From Candidatus Woesearchaeota archaeon (GTDB lineage: Archaea; Nanobdellota; Nanobdellia; Woesearchaeales; JABGXB01), in assembly GCA_018675975.1 (NCBI GenBank), contig JABGXB010000003.1, forward strand, positions 203,821 to 267,820: a stretch of 64,000 nucleotides of DNA, given 5' to 3'. A program made the translations under genes and the position numbers. Shown in pieces: positions 28,417-37,591 of this stretch (within the stretch, counting starts at the first letter, position 1; the number at the start of each line of letters is the position of its first letter). The notes beneath the pieces were generated by a model. That model saw only the letters and a list, made by a program, of their open reading frames with translations, had not been told where the DNA came from and did no database searches.

Positions 28417-29577
28417 ATGAGTTTAAGTCACAATTCACATTTTATTCATTTTTTAAAAAATAAAGAAATGAATCTTTTATACTTAGCAATTTTTTTTATA
28501 ACACTAGGAGATGCACTTATTAGTGTTTTTGTTCCAATTTATTTATATCAATTAGGTTATCAAGTAACTCAAATATTATATTTTTATTTATTAGTTTCAA
28601 TATTTTTTGTAACATTTTCAATATTAGGTGCAAAAATAACTTCTAGGTTTGGAGAAAAACATTCTATGATTATTTCCACTCCATTTGCAATATTATTTTA
28701 TATTGGATTAATATTTATGAATTCAAAGAGTTTTTTATTATTTTATTTTTTACCATTATTCATGGCATTTCGAGCCTTATTATTCAATTATGGTTTTCAT
28801 TTAAATTTTATCAATCATTCAAATAAAAATAAAACTGGAAATCAATTTGCTTTTATTCAAACTATTGCATTATTATCCACAGTCGTTTCTCCTTATATTG
28901 GAAGTTTAATTGCAGAATTAAATTTTGCATTTTTATTTATTATTAGTGCAATTATCATGACAATCGGAATCATTCCACTACTATTAACTCAAGATAAATG
29001 TGAAAAAATTGATTTTGATTCCAATTCAATATTTAAAACAATAAAATCAAAAAAAAACAGAGGAAATATTATTAGCTTTTGTGCTTATTCCATGGAAGCT
29101 AGCATTGGAAGAATCATATGGCCAATTTTCTTGATAATAATAATTGGAGAATTAAGTAAAACCGGTTTTATTGTATCTGCATCTATGTTCATATCTCTAA
29201 TGGCTTTTTATGTAATTGGAAAAATAACTGACAAAATAAATAAAATTAAATTAATTAGATTTGGAACATTATTATACTTTTTTGGTTGGATTGGAAGAAT
29301 TTTTGCAAATACTGGTTTTAAAATATTTTTCATCGATTCATATAAAAACTTAAGTGAAAAATTAGTATCCATACCTTTTTTTTCACATTCATATGACATG
29401 GCAAAAAAAAGAAAAAAATATTTTGAATTTGTAGTATACAGAGAAATTGTATTTAATTTAATTAGAATTATAATGATTCCAATATTAATTGTAATATTTT
29501 ATATTAATTTCCAACCATTTATATTAAGTTTTTTAATAGCAAGTATTTTTACAGCAGGATATATATTTATGGATTAA
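28417..29577 (+). CDS. MFS-type transporter
   Basis: About 11-12 predicted TM helices in a 6+6 arrangement with a central loop. No further specificity can be assigned. Confidence 0.55.
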   Translation: MSLSHNSHFIHFLKNKEMNLLYLAIFFITLGDALISVFVPIYLYQLGYQVTQILYFYLLVSIFFVTFSILGAKITSRFGEKHSMIISTPFAILFYIGLIFMNSKSFLLFYFLPLFMAFRALLFNYGFHLNFINHSNKNKTGNQFAFIQTIALLSTVVSPYIGSLIAELNFAFLFIISAIIMTIGIIPLLLTQDKCEKIDFDSNSIFKTIKSKKNRGNIISFCAYSMEASIGRIIWPIFLIIIIGELSKTGFIVSASMFISLMAFYVIGKITDKINKIKLIRFGTLLYFFGWIGRIFANTGFKIFFIDSYKNLSEKLVSIPFFSHSYDMAKKRKKYFEFVVYREIVFNLIRIIMIPILIVIFYINFQPFILSFLIASIFTAGYIFMD

Positions 29578-29583
29578 TAGTAA

Positions 29584-30246
29584 TCAGAAATTATATTTTT
29601 TACTCCAATTAAAAGGATCTTTTCTCCATTCTTCTAATAATTGAATTTCTTGTTTATTAAAATAATCACTATTTTTTGCAACTTCAAATAATTGATCATA
29701 TGTTAATAGTGATCGAACTTGACATGGTGGATTTAAACTTTCAAAATCATTTTTTGAAACAGGAAACTCATAATCAAATATTGAAAAACAATAATTACAA
29801 TTTCCATTTTTATTTCGAATTGCATTTATTGCATTCATTGAAGTCTCACCAGTTGAGATTAAATCTTTAATTAAAATCACATTTTTATCTCTTAATAAAT
29901 CTGATTCAGAATCAATACCTTCTATTTGATTTTCCATTCCATGTCCCTTAGAATTTTTTCTAACATAAATTAATGGTTTTTCTAAAAGATCTGCTAAAGT
30001 AGTAGAAAAAGGAATACCTGAATTTGCAGTTCCTGCAATAACATCACATGCTATATTTTCATCAGAAATAATTTTTGCAAAACATTCAGCAAATAAACGT
30101 CTATAACTTGGATGTTCCAAAAATAATCTATTATCATTATATACAGGCATTATATCTCCTGCAACCCAGTTAAATGGTTTAGTTGGTCTTACTTTTACAG
30201 CACCAATATCCAAACCAAATTTTGCAATTTTTTTATGATAATCCAT
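29584..30246 (-). CDS. pyrE: Orotate phosphoribosyltransferase, paralog 1
   Basis: N-terminus MDYHKKIAKFGLDIGAVKVRP, PRPP-binding loop VILIKDLISTGETS. Length 220 aa. Confidence 0.75.
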   Translation of the reverse strand: MDYHKKIAKFGLDIGAVKVRPTKPFNWVAGDIMPVYNDNRLFLEHPSYRRLFAECFAKIISDENIACDVIAGTANSGIPFSTTLADLLEKPLIYVRKNSKGHGMENQIEGIDSESDLLRDKNVILIKDLISTGETSMNAINAIRNKNGNCNYCFSIFDYEFPVSKNDFESLNPPCQVRSLLTYDQLFEVAKNSDYFNKQEIQLLEEWRKDPFNWSKKYNF

Positions 30247-30264
30247 AATTATACCTCTAATAAT

Positions 30265-30933
30265 TTAATTATTATATTTTTGCGGAAAATGTTTTTTTCC
30301 CCATCCAAAAGGATCACTTTCCCACTCTTCTAATAATTCAAATTCTTTTTTATTAAAATAATTTTCTTCTTTTGCAGCATCTAATAATATTTTATATGTT
30401 AATAATGATCTTGTTTGACAAAGTGGTTCTAAATTCTGAAATGCAGATTCTGCTTTTTCCAATCCATAATTGAAAATTGAAAAACAATAATTACAATCTG
30501 CACCCTCAGCTCTTACAGCATTCACAGCAGCAATAGAACTCCCTCCAGTTGAAATTAAATCTTCAATTAATAAAACTTTTTTTCCTGATGGTTTAACATT
30601 CATACCTTCCATTTGTTTTTCCATACCATGAGTATTTGGTTTATTTCTTACATATACTAATGGTTTCATTAATAAATCTGATAAAGTAACACAAGGTGAA
30701 ACTCCTGCAGTTGAAGTTCCTGCAATAATATCACAATCAATATTTTCATCTTTAACAATTTTAGCAAAACCTTCTGCAAATAATCGTCTATATTCTGAAT
30801 ACCAAAGAAACATTCTATTATCATTATAAATTGGCATAAAATATCCTGAAGCCCATTTAAAGGGATCACTCGGCCTCAACTTAATTGCACCAATTTCTAA
30901 ACCAAATTTTGCTATTTTTTTTTGATAATCCAT
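30265..30933 (-). CDS. pyrE: Orotate phosphoribosyltransferase, paralog 2 (tandem with paralog 1)
   Basis: N-terminus MDYQKKIAKFGLEIGAIKLRP, PRPP loop VLLIEDLISTGGSS. The two paralogs look only moderately identical to each other by eye. Confidence 0.75.
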   Translation of the reverse strand: MDYQKKIAKFGLEIGAIKLRPSDPFKWASGYFMPIYNDNRMFLWYSEYRRLFAEGFAKIVKDENIDCDIIAGTSTAGVSPCVTLSDLLMKPLVYVRNKPNTHGMEKQMEGMNVKPSGKKVLLIEDLISTGGSSIAAVNAVRAEGADCNYCFSIFNYGLEKAESAFQNLEPLCQTRSLLTYKILLDAAKEENYFNKKEFELLEEWESDPFGWGKKHFPQKYNN

Positions 30934-31025
30934 ACAAAAGAAATATATTTAATTATTTTATAAAGTAATTGTTACTAGTTGCAAATAATAAAAAGCTCTA
31001 TAAATAAATAAAAAAGTATTTAATT

Positions 31026-31361
31026 ATGAAAGTAATAAAACAAAAGAATCATAAGGATTTCAAAACAATTCAATGCAAAAAAGTAGATCCAATAAAAGAT
31101 TTTAAAATGGATAATAGTTGTTATCTTTTAATTAAAATTGAAGACAAAAAAATACATATTGGAATATGTAATTATGATCATGAAATATTATTAGAATTTA
31201 TTGGAGATAAATCTCAAGATATTTATTATTCAATAATCAATTATGAAAAAGAAAATAATATTGAGTTTTTTACAAAAAAAGAACATTTATGTTATTTAGG
31301 TAAAGAATTAAAAAAAGCTGAATATGCAATAGAAAATAATGCAGAGTATGTTCAAGAATAA
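31026..31361 (+). CDS. Hypothetical protein
   Basis: 111 aa with no recognisable motif. It sits in the gap between pyrE and the ORF6N gene. Confidence 0.35.
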   Translation: MKVIKQKNHKDFKTIQCKKVDPIKDFKMDNSCYLLIKIEDKKIHIGICNYDHEILLEFIGDKSQDIYYSIINYEKENNIEFFTKKEHLCYLGKELKKAEYAIENNAEYVQE

Positions 31362-31364
31362 AAA

Positions 31365-32222
31365 TTATATTTTTAATAAATCCCTATCAATCTTTGAAAA
31401 AGCAAATATTTTTTTACCTAAATCTTTTAGTGATGCTCCAATAAAATATAATTCTATATCATCAATAATTATAAATCTATCATGTGATTTATCAAATTTT
31501 GTTATTTTAAGTTTACCATATTGTTCATTGAATTTATTTTTAGCAAATTCTAATTGCTTTGAAATAGTTAAAGTTTTTATTTCAATACTAACTTTTTTAT
31601 TTTTTTCAGATAATATTGCTAAAGTATTTGTATCAACATAATTATCAATTAGAACAATTGACTTTTTTGCTTTTTTTATAATATTTATAATAAATTTATA
31701 AGCATCATAAATTTGACCATTATAAAAAATTCCTTGTTCCAAACTGATTGTTTTATCTTCAATTGCATTGAATATTTTATCAAATTTAATATCATGTTTT
31801 ATTTGTTTTTTCTCTAACAAATCCATTCTGTAAAATAAATGTTCATTTTTAAAAATAAATTTTCGCATTTTCACAAAAGCACGCATTATTTCAATATTTA
31901 CTATGACTGCAATATTTGATTTTAAAATACCAGAAATCATCGCAACACCTTGTTCTGTAAAAACTAAAGGTAAAAAACCACCCGTATATTTTTTTGAAGG
32001 TATCGCATTTTGCGATACCAAAAAATCTAATTCTTCTTTTGTTACTTGAAACATAAAGTCAGAAGGAAATCTACTTTTATTTCTCTTAACTTGTTCACGT
32101 AAACGAAAAGGTTTAATTTCATATAATTTTGCTAAATTTCTATCTAAAATAACATTAATACCTCTTAATTTAAAAATATTGGGTTTAATATCTTCTTCTG
32201 TTTTTAGCTCATATTTTTTCAT
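31365..32222 (-). CDS. ORF6N-domain (phage antirepressor/KilA-N-related DNA-binding) protein with a C-terminal uncharacterised domain
   Basis: N-terminal LRGINVILDRNLAKLYEIKPFRLREQVKRNKSRFPSDFMFQVTKEELDFL matches the ORF6N domain consensus. Confidence 0.55.
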   Translation of the reverse strand: MKKYELKTEEDIKPNIFKLRGINVILDRNLAKLYEIKPFRLREQVKRNKSRFPSDFMFQVTKEELDFLVSQNAIPSKKYTGGFLPLVFTEQGVAMISGILKSNIAVIVNIEIMRAFVKMRKFIFKNEHLFYRMDLLEKKQIKHDIKFDKIFNAIEDKTISLEQGIFYNGQIYDAYKFIINIIKKAKKSIVLIDNYVDTNTLAILSEKNKKVSIEIKTLTISKQLEFAKNKFNEQYGKLKITKFDKSHDRFIIIDDIELYFIGASLKDLGKKIFAFSKIDRDLLKI

Positions 32223-32329
32223 TAATATATAATAAAAGACAATTAATCCATATAAACTAAATTCTAAGTTTATTAATTACTTTTCAAAAAAAATGAAATT
32301 AATTCACAATTTTTAGAATTTATTCAAAA

Positions 32330-32920
32330 TTAATTTTCTTCTTTTAATAAATTATTTATTATTTTAAAATCACTAAAAAAATCATCTTTTAAATGTCGTC
32401 TATAAATAATTGCAGCCGGATGATAAATAGGAACTACTTTTACATCCACACCTTGAAAATTAATTTCAATTAACTTACCATGAATTTGTGTTATGCCTTC
32501 AATTTTTTTCATTTCTTTTATATTGCCATTTGCAAGAACGAATTTTGATGAAAAATTTCCAAGTGTACATATTATTTTTGGTTTTAATAATTTAATTTGT
32601 TCAATTAAATAAGGAGTACATAATTCCATTTCTTCATTTTTAGGATCTCTATTTTCAGGAGGACGACATTTTAAAATATTTGCAATAAAAATTTTATTTA
32701 TATCAACATTGTTCTCTTCTAATAATTTATTTAAATTATCTCCAGCTCTGCCACAAAATGGAATACCTTGTTCATCTTCATTTTTACCAGGAGCTTCACC
32801 AATGAAAAGTAAGTCAGGATTTGATGACCCTCTACCAAAAACTACATTAGTACGAGTTTTAGATAATTCACATTTAGTACAAGAAGAACAAACATTTTTT
32901 AAATTTTCAAAGTCAGTCAT
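32330..32920 (-). CDS. udg: Uracil-DNA glycosylase, family 4 (4Fe-4S type)
   Basis: GEAPGKNEDEQGIPFCGRAGDNL, the motif at the catalytic-site position (GEAPG...), N-terminal Cys (CSSCTKCELS) and HPAAI near the C-terminus. Confidence 0.8.
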   Translation of the reverse strand: MTDFENLKNVCSSCTKCELSKTRTNVVFGRGSSNPDLLFIGEAPGKNEDEQGIPFCGRAGDNLNKLLEENNVDINKIFIANILKCRPPENRDPKNEEMELCTPYLIEQIKLLKPKIICTLGNFSSKFVLANGNIKEMKKIEGITQIHGKLIEINFQGVDVKVVPIYHPAAIIYRRHLKDDFFSDFKIINNLLKEEN

Positions 32921-32923
32921 AAG

Positions 32924-34189
32924 TTAAGGTTTTTTAAATGTTTTATAAAATTTATTATCCACAGTTCCAATTCCATAAGTCATATTATTAAGTTTAAACA
33001 AAACCTTACAACCGTCTTTGTCTTCTAAACCCATTACATTATTATATAAGTCATCAATACTTTGAAAAAATGAATTTAATATATAACTATAAACTCCATA
33101 ATTATATTCAGTTGGTTGACAGTTCAATTCATGAGAAAATTTAATTGAAGTTCCTTTTCCTTTCCTTGACAAAGTCATACTATAATCATGATTAAATTTT
33201 AAAACATTAACTAAATCATTATCATTAAAATTATTTCCATCCATATTAAAATAAAACTTAATTTTATTTTTTTTAATATTATCCTCTAATAAATCCCTAC
33301 GGTCTAAAATTAAATCATATCCAAGAAAAGGTTTTCCACCAATTTTTTCATAACCCAAATCACAAAAATTATCCAAAATAAAATCAGATAATTTATTAAA
33401 ATTACAATCAATCAATATTTCTAATTCAGAATTTTCAGTTTTAAAATGTTCTAAAAAATTAAAATAAAAAGAAAAATATTTTTTTTGAAAAAATTCTAAT
33501 GTATTTATAACTTCAGCTTTTTGATAATTATCCAATTCATCACTTAACTCACTTACTATAGTATCATAATTATAATTAACTTCTGTATTTTTTTCTTTAT
33601 ATAAAAACGCCCTTCCATTTAATCTAAATAAACTATTAGCATATCCTAAAACATCTTTTCTTAAATTATATATTATTGAATGCGCTTTTTCATCACATTT
33701 TTCTGGACTTTTAAAAATATGATCATGCTCATAGGCAAAAGCTAATGCAATATAACCACTCTTTTCAATACTCAAACCAAGTTCCATTAATTCTCTTATA
33801 ACACCATCAACAACTAAAGTAGTATATGTATTAAAATCAGAAATTAATTTTTTATTTAGATCTGATTTTTTATCCGATAAATGAAAACCATCTCTTATTA
33901 TTGGTTCTAAATTTATTTGTTTAGAAACACCTAATGAATAATTCTCACTCCATTTCTCATTCAAGTTATGTGATTTTGAAAAAGTATATCTAAACTTCGA
34001 ACCATGTCTTTTATTATGTTCAAAAACTCTACTACTCAATTCAAACCCTGAAATAGATTTTTTAAGATCAGTTTTATTACTAGACGTAAAGGATTCAGCC
34101 TCAATTAATAATTCAATACTTTTATTATGAACTAAACCTAATAAAAATGGCATAGTTTCATCTAGAGGCTGGACATCTAATCGAGACAT
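32924..34189 (-). CDS. Hypothetical protein (421 aa)
   Basis: No TM segments and no recognisable catalytic motif by eye. Confidence 0.45.
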   Translation of the reverse strand: MSRLDVQPLDETMPFLLGLVHNKSIELLIEAESFTSSNKTDLKKSISGFELSSRVFEHNKRHGSKFRYTFSKSHNLNEKWSENYSLGVSKQINLEPIIRDGFHLSDKKSDLNKKLISDFNTYTTLVVDGVIRELMELGLSIEKSGYIALAFAYEHDHIFKSPEKCDEKAHSIIYNLRKDVLGYANSLFRLNGRAFLYKEKNTEVNYNYDTIVSELSDELDNYQKAEVINTLEFFQKKYFSFYFNFLEHFKTENSELEILIDCNFNKLSDFILDNFCDLGYEKIGGKPFLGYDLILDRRDLLEDNIKKNKIKFYFNMDGNNFNDNDLVNVLKFNHDYSMTLSRKGKGTSIKFSHELNCQPTEYNYGVYSYILNSFFQSIDDLYNNVMGLEDKDGCKVLFKLNNMTYGIGTVDNKFYKTFKKP

Positions 34190-34273
34190 ATAATAGGTTT
34201 AGTTTAACTAATTTATAAATTATTAATTTACTCTATTAGTTATATTAATAAAACATATTAAAATTAAATATTT

Positions 34274-35083
34274 ATGATAAAAAATTTAATTGATTGTCAC
34301 GCTCATGTAGATTTTAAATTTGATTTAAATAAATTAAAAGATGATGATCCATTTAAAAAACTTGCAAAAACATTTAATACTAAAAAAATAATTGATAATG
34401 CAATTAAAAATAATGTAGTTGCAATAATAAATAATGGAACTAATCCTGAAACTAATAAAAATTGTTTAAAACTATCAAAAGAATTCCCAATAATAAAATC
34501 AGCATTAGGAATGTATCCAACTGATGGTTTGGAATTTAGTGAAACGGAAATAGATAAAGAAATTGAATTTATTAAAAAAAATAAAAAGAATATTATTGCA
34601 ATAGGAGAAATTGGTTTAGATAATTATTTAATTGACATGAATAAAAAACAAAAGAAAAAAATGAATGATAATTTTTTAAAAATGTTAGAACTTGCTTCAT
34701 CAATAAAAAAACCAGTGATTATTCATTCAAGAAAAGCAGAAAAAGAAGTAATTGACATTTTATCATCTTTTGATATTAAAGCACAAATGCATTGCTATGG
34801 AGGAAAATTAAAGTTAGCTAAACAAGCTATTGAACAAGGAATAATATTTTCCATTCCACCAAATATAGTCAAAAATCAAGCATTTGAAAAATTAGTTGAA
34901 ATAACTCCGATAAATCAATTACTTACTGAAACCGATACACCTTTTTTGAGTCCACATAAAGATAAATTAAATGAACCAAGTAATGTAATTTATTCAATTA
35001 AAAAAATTGCAGAAATAAAAGATTTAGACGAACAAGAAACAGCAAATTTAATATTTTCAAATTATCAAAATATATTTCTTTAA
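34274..35083 (+). CDS. tatD: TatD-family metal-dependent hydrolase/DNase
   Basis: N-terminal DCHAHVD metal-binding motif, later GEIGLD and HCY/ETD residues typical of the TatD TIM barrel. Confidence 0.8.
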   Translation: MIKNLIDCHAHVDFKFDLNKLKDDDPFKKLAKTFNTKKIIDNAIKNNVVAIINNGTNPETNKNCLKLSKEFPIIKSALGMYPTDGLEFSETEIDKEIEFIKKNKKNIIAIGEIGLDNYLIDMNKKQKKKMNDNFLKMLELASSIKKPVIIHSRKAEKEVIDILSSFDIKAQMHCYGGKLKLAKQAIEQGIIFSIPPNIVKNQAFEKLVEITPINQLLTETDTPFLSPHKDKLNEPSNVIYSIKKIAEIKDLDEQETANLIFSNYQNIFL

Positions 35084-36477
35084 ATATTTATTCGCATTTT
35101 ATCTAAATCAAAATAATCAAATTGAGTCCATTCATCATTCGTTCTAATTACTTTCCCATTAGATCCAACTATACTAATTAATTTTCTATCAGGATTAATT
35201 ACACCTGAAAATGATTCTCCATATTTATTAGCAGCCATTCTTACAGCAGTTCCATCTTTTAAATCAATAAAATTAAGACCTGGCTTAATACCATCTTTTT
35301 GGCTTGCTTTAACTAAATGAGGTAAATCACTTGTCTGTTGCGAAAGCTCTTGAGAAATCAAACCAAAATCATCAAAATATCCATGAGGAAAAATTGCCAC
35401 ATTACTTTCAGGATTATAATTTGAACCCAAAATCACATAAGGTACTCCATTTAATTCTCTAATATTAAATGAATCAGGATCCTCATAATTTTCTTCGATA
35501 TGATACATAAACTGATTAATTCTTGAAAATAAATCTCTATCTAATAAATCATCACTCATTTGAATTAATTTATTACTACTCAAATATTCATGAATTAAAT
35601 GTTTTTTAATTTCATATTCAATTTCTTCTTTAGTTGACATATTTTTAATAGTAGAAAATACATTGATTTTAAAATTATTTTTTTCATTATAATTTGTTCG
35701 ATTTAAATATTTTAAAAAGTCATTAGCATCCATTTTTTTTGAAATTTCTATAGACTCCGAAATTACAGAAATATATTCTTTAATTTCATGCTCCACCATT
35801 CTCCAATCATTTGTTAATAATCCCACTTCTTTATTATTAGAATTATAAACTTTAAATATTTCATTAAATGGAATAACAAAATTAGTAAAGGCATAAATAG
35901 ATGCACTCTCTGCAAATAAATGACTATGTCCAAATTGATAATAATTCATTAAAGTTTCTAAATTTAAATTATTATTAAAAAATTCATTTGATTTTAATAC
36001 ATCTCCACCACCAAAAAAAATAAGCTTTCTAGTTTCTTCTTCATCTAAATGTTCTAAATTAACTAATGGCCTAAATTCTAAAGGTGTTCTTCCATAATCA
36101 GAGTCTTTTTTAAATATACTTTCAGTTGGACTTAAAATTGGTTTTTTATCAAAAATTACTCTTAATAAACAATCAACATTACCTGTATACTGACCAAAAT
36201 TAGATTCTAAAAGTCTTTTACTCTCATAAGCTAATCTTTTATCTTGAATATATACTCTCTCTGTTTTACCAATAGTAGTTTTAGGATCAAAAGGGTCTGA
36301 ACTTTCTAATTGAATTTCAGCCTGTGGTTCAATAACATTAACACTACCACCATTCTCTTTATTCAGCCATAAAGCTCCCTCAAAAAGATTTGAAGAATAA
36401 GTTCCAACTTTACCATAAAGTGAATGTTTATACGCTACTGATGCTAAATGTAAGTAATTAAACTGTTGCTGTACCAT
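35080..36477 (-). CDS. Hypothetical protein (465 aa)
   Basis: Soluble protein with no recognisable motif. Overlaps the tatD stop by 4 nt, convergent. Confidence 0.45.
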   Translation of the reverse strand: MVQQQFNYLHLASVAYKHSLYGKVGTYSSNLFEGALWLNKENGGSVNVIEPQAEIQLESSDPFDPKTTIGKTERVYIQDKRLAYESKRLLESNFGQYTGNVDCLLRVIFDKKPILSPTESIFKKDSDYGRTPLEFRPLVNLEHLDEEETRKLIFFGGGDVLKSNEFFNNNLNLETLMNYYQFGHSHLFAESASIYAFTNFVIPFNEIFKVYNSNNKEVGLLTNDWRMVEHEIKEYISVISESIEISKKMDANDFLKYLNRTNYNEKNNFKINVFSTIKNMSTKEEIEYEIKKHLIHEYLSSNKLIQMSDDLLDRDLFSRINQFMYHIEENYEDPDSFNIRELNGVPYVILGSNYNPESNVAIFPHGYFDDFGLISQELSQQTSDLPHLVKASQKDGIKPGLNFIDLKDGTAVRMAANKYGESFSGVINPDRKLISIVGSNGKVIRTNDEWTQFDYFDLDKMRINI

Positions 36478-36601
36478 GTTTCCAGATAACTAGAGACAAA
36501 TAAACTATTTTTAAAACTTACTATTTTGTTTATAAACAAAATGAAAAATCAAATATATAACGTTGGAATATTTTAAGTGGAAATAATGGTTCTATAGTGT
36601 C

Positions 36602-37591
36602 ATGGAAAGACTAAATCGAATACTGACTCAAGAAGAGAGAGATCATTTATATACGGCTAATTTAGAATTTAAAGCTAGCCCAAAAGAAAGACAAGCATTA
36701 TTTAACGAATTATTAAACTCAATTGAAAAATTAAAAAGAAATTTAATTTTAACTTCCGACGATATTAAATCTGAAGCAAATTTTGGATTAAAAGATCATA
36801 AAATATTAGAAAATGCCATGAAACACATTAATCAAACATGGCAAAACATTTCACAAATCAATAAAAAGACACACATGGATAGTATACCTGCAGAAGGGCC
36901 ATTAAGAGAATTTTCACATGAATTACATAGTTTTGATAGAAATTTACATGCACATTGGACTAATTTAAATCGCAATGACAATCTCATAAGAAAAATTATT
37001 TATAGAACTCAAGCAATTGAAAAACACTTTTCAAATATTTACAAAAGTTTACTTGCATTAGAACAATTAATGGTTAAAATGAAAAATAATGCATTTGATG
37101 ATGTTAAAGATTTTTCATACCAAATTAGTAGTGTATATTGTAATTTACGCTCATCAATAAACGATATTGAAGAATTATTTAAATTAAAAATTGATAATTC
37201 TGACATAGAAGGCATAATTGATAGTTTAATTATTCTAATAACTAAACTTCCCAAAAAAGAATTGATTAAAAAAACTGGAATAATATTTAAAACAAATTAT
37301 ATAGAATTTAAAGAGGAAGATGCACAAAAATTAAGAGAAGAACTTGCAGATTTAAGAGAATATTTTTCTAAACTTTCAAATTTGGAAGCATTTAAAAAAT
37401 TACACGACATGGATTCGAAATTAAAAAAAGATTCAATACAAACTTTTGAGTCTTATAAAAATATATTAATATTATTAGATAATTTACTATATATGCATTT
37501 TAAAGGTGGAAGAGGTTTAAGACAAATGATTGATGATTTCAAGTCTAAAACAAATGAACTTTTAAACACAAAAATATTTTCACCCATATGA
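36602..37591 (+). CDS. Hypothetical all-helical protein (329 aa)
   Basis: Helical and coiled-coil prone. The stop overlaps the start of the downstream methyltransferase-kinase gene by 4 nt, so the two are probably co-transcribed. Confidence 0.45.
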   Translation: MERLNRILTQEERDHLYTANLEFKASPKERQALFNELLNSIEKLKRNLILTSDDIKSEANFGLKDHKILENAMKHINQTWQNISQINKKTHMDSIPAEGPLREFSHELHSFDRNLHAHWTNLNRNDNLIRKIIYRTQAIEKHFSNIYKSLLALEQLMVKMKNNAFDDVKDFSYQISSVYCNLRSSINDIEELFKLKIDNSDIEGIIDSLIILITKLPKKELIKKTGIIFKTNYIEFKEEDAQKLREELADLREYFSKLSNLEAFKKLHDMDSKLKKDSIQTFESYKNILILLDNLLYMHFKGGRGLRQMIDDFKSKTNELLNTKIFSPI

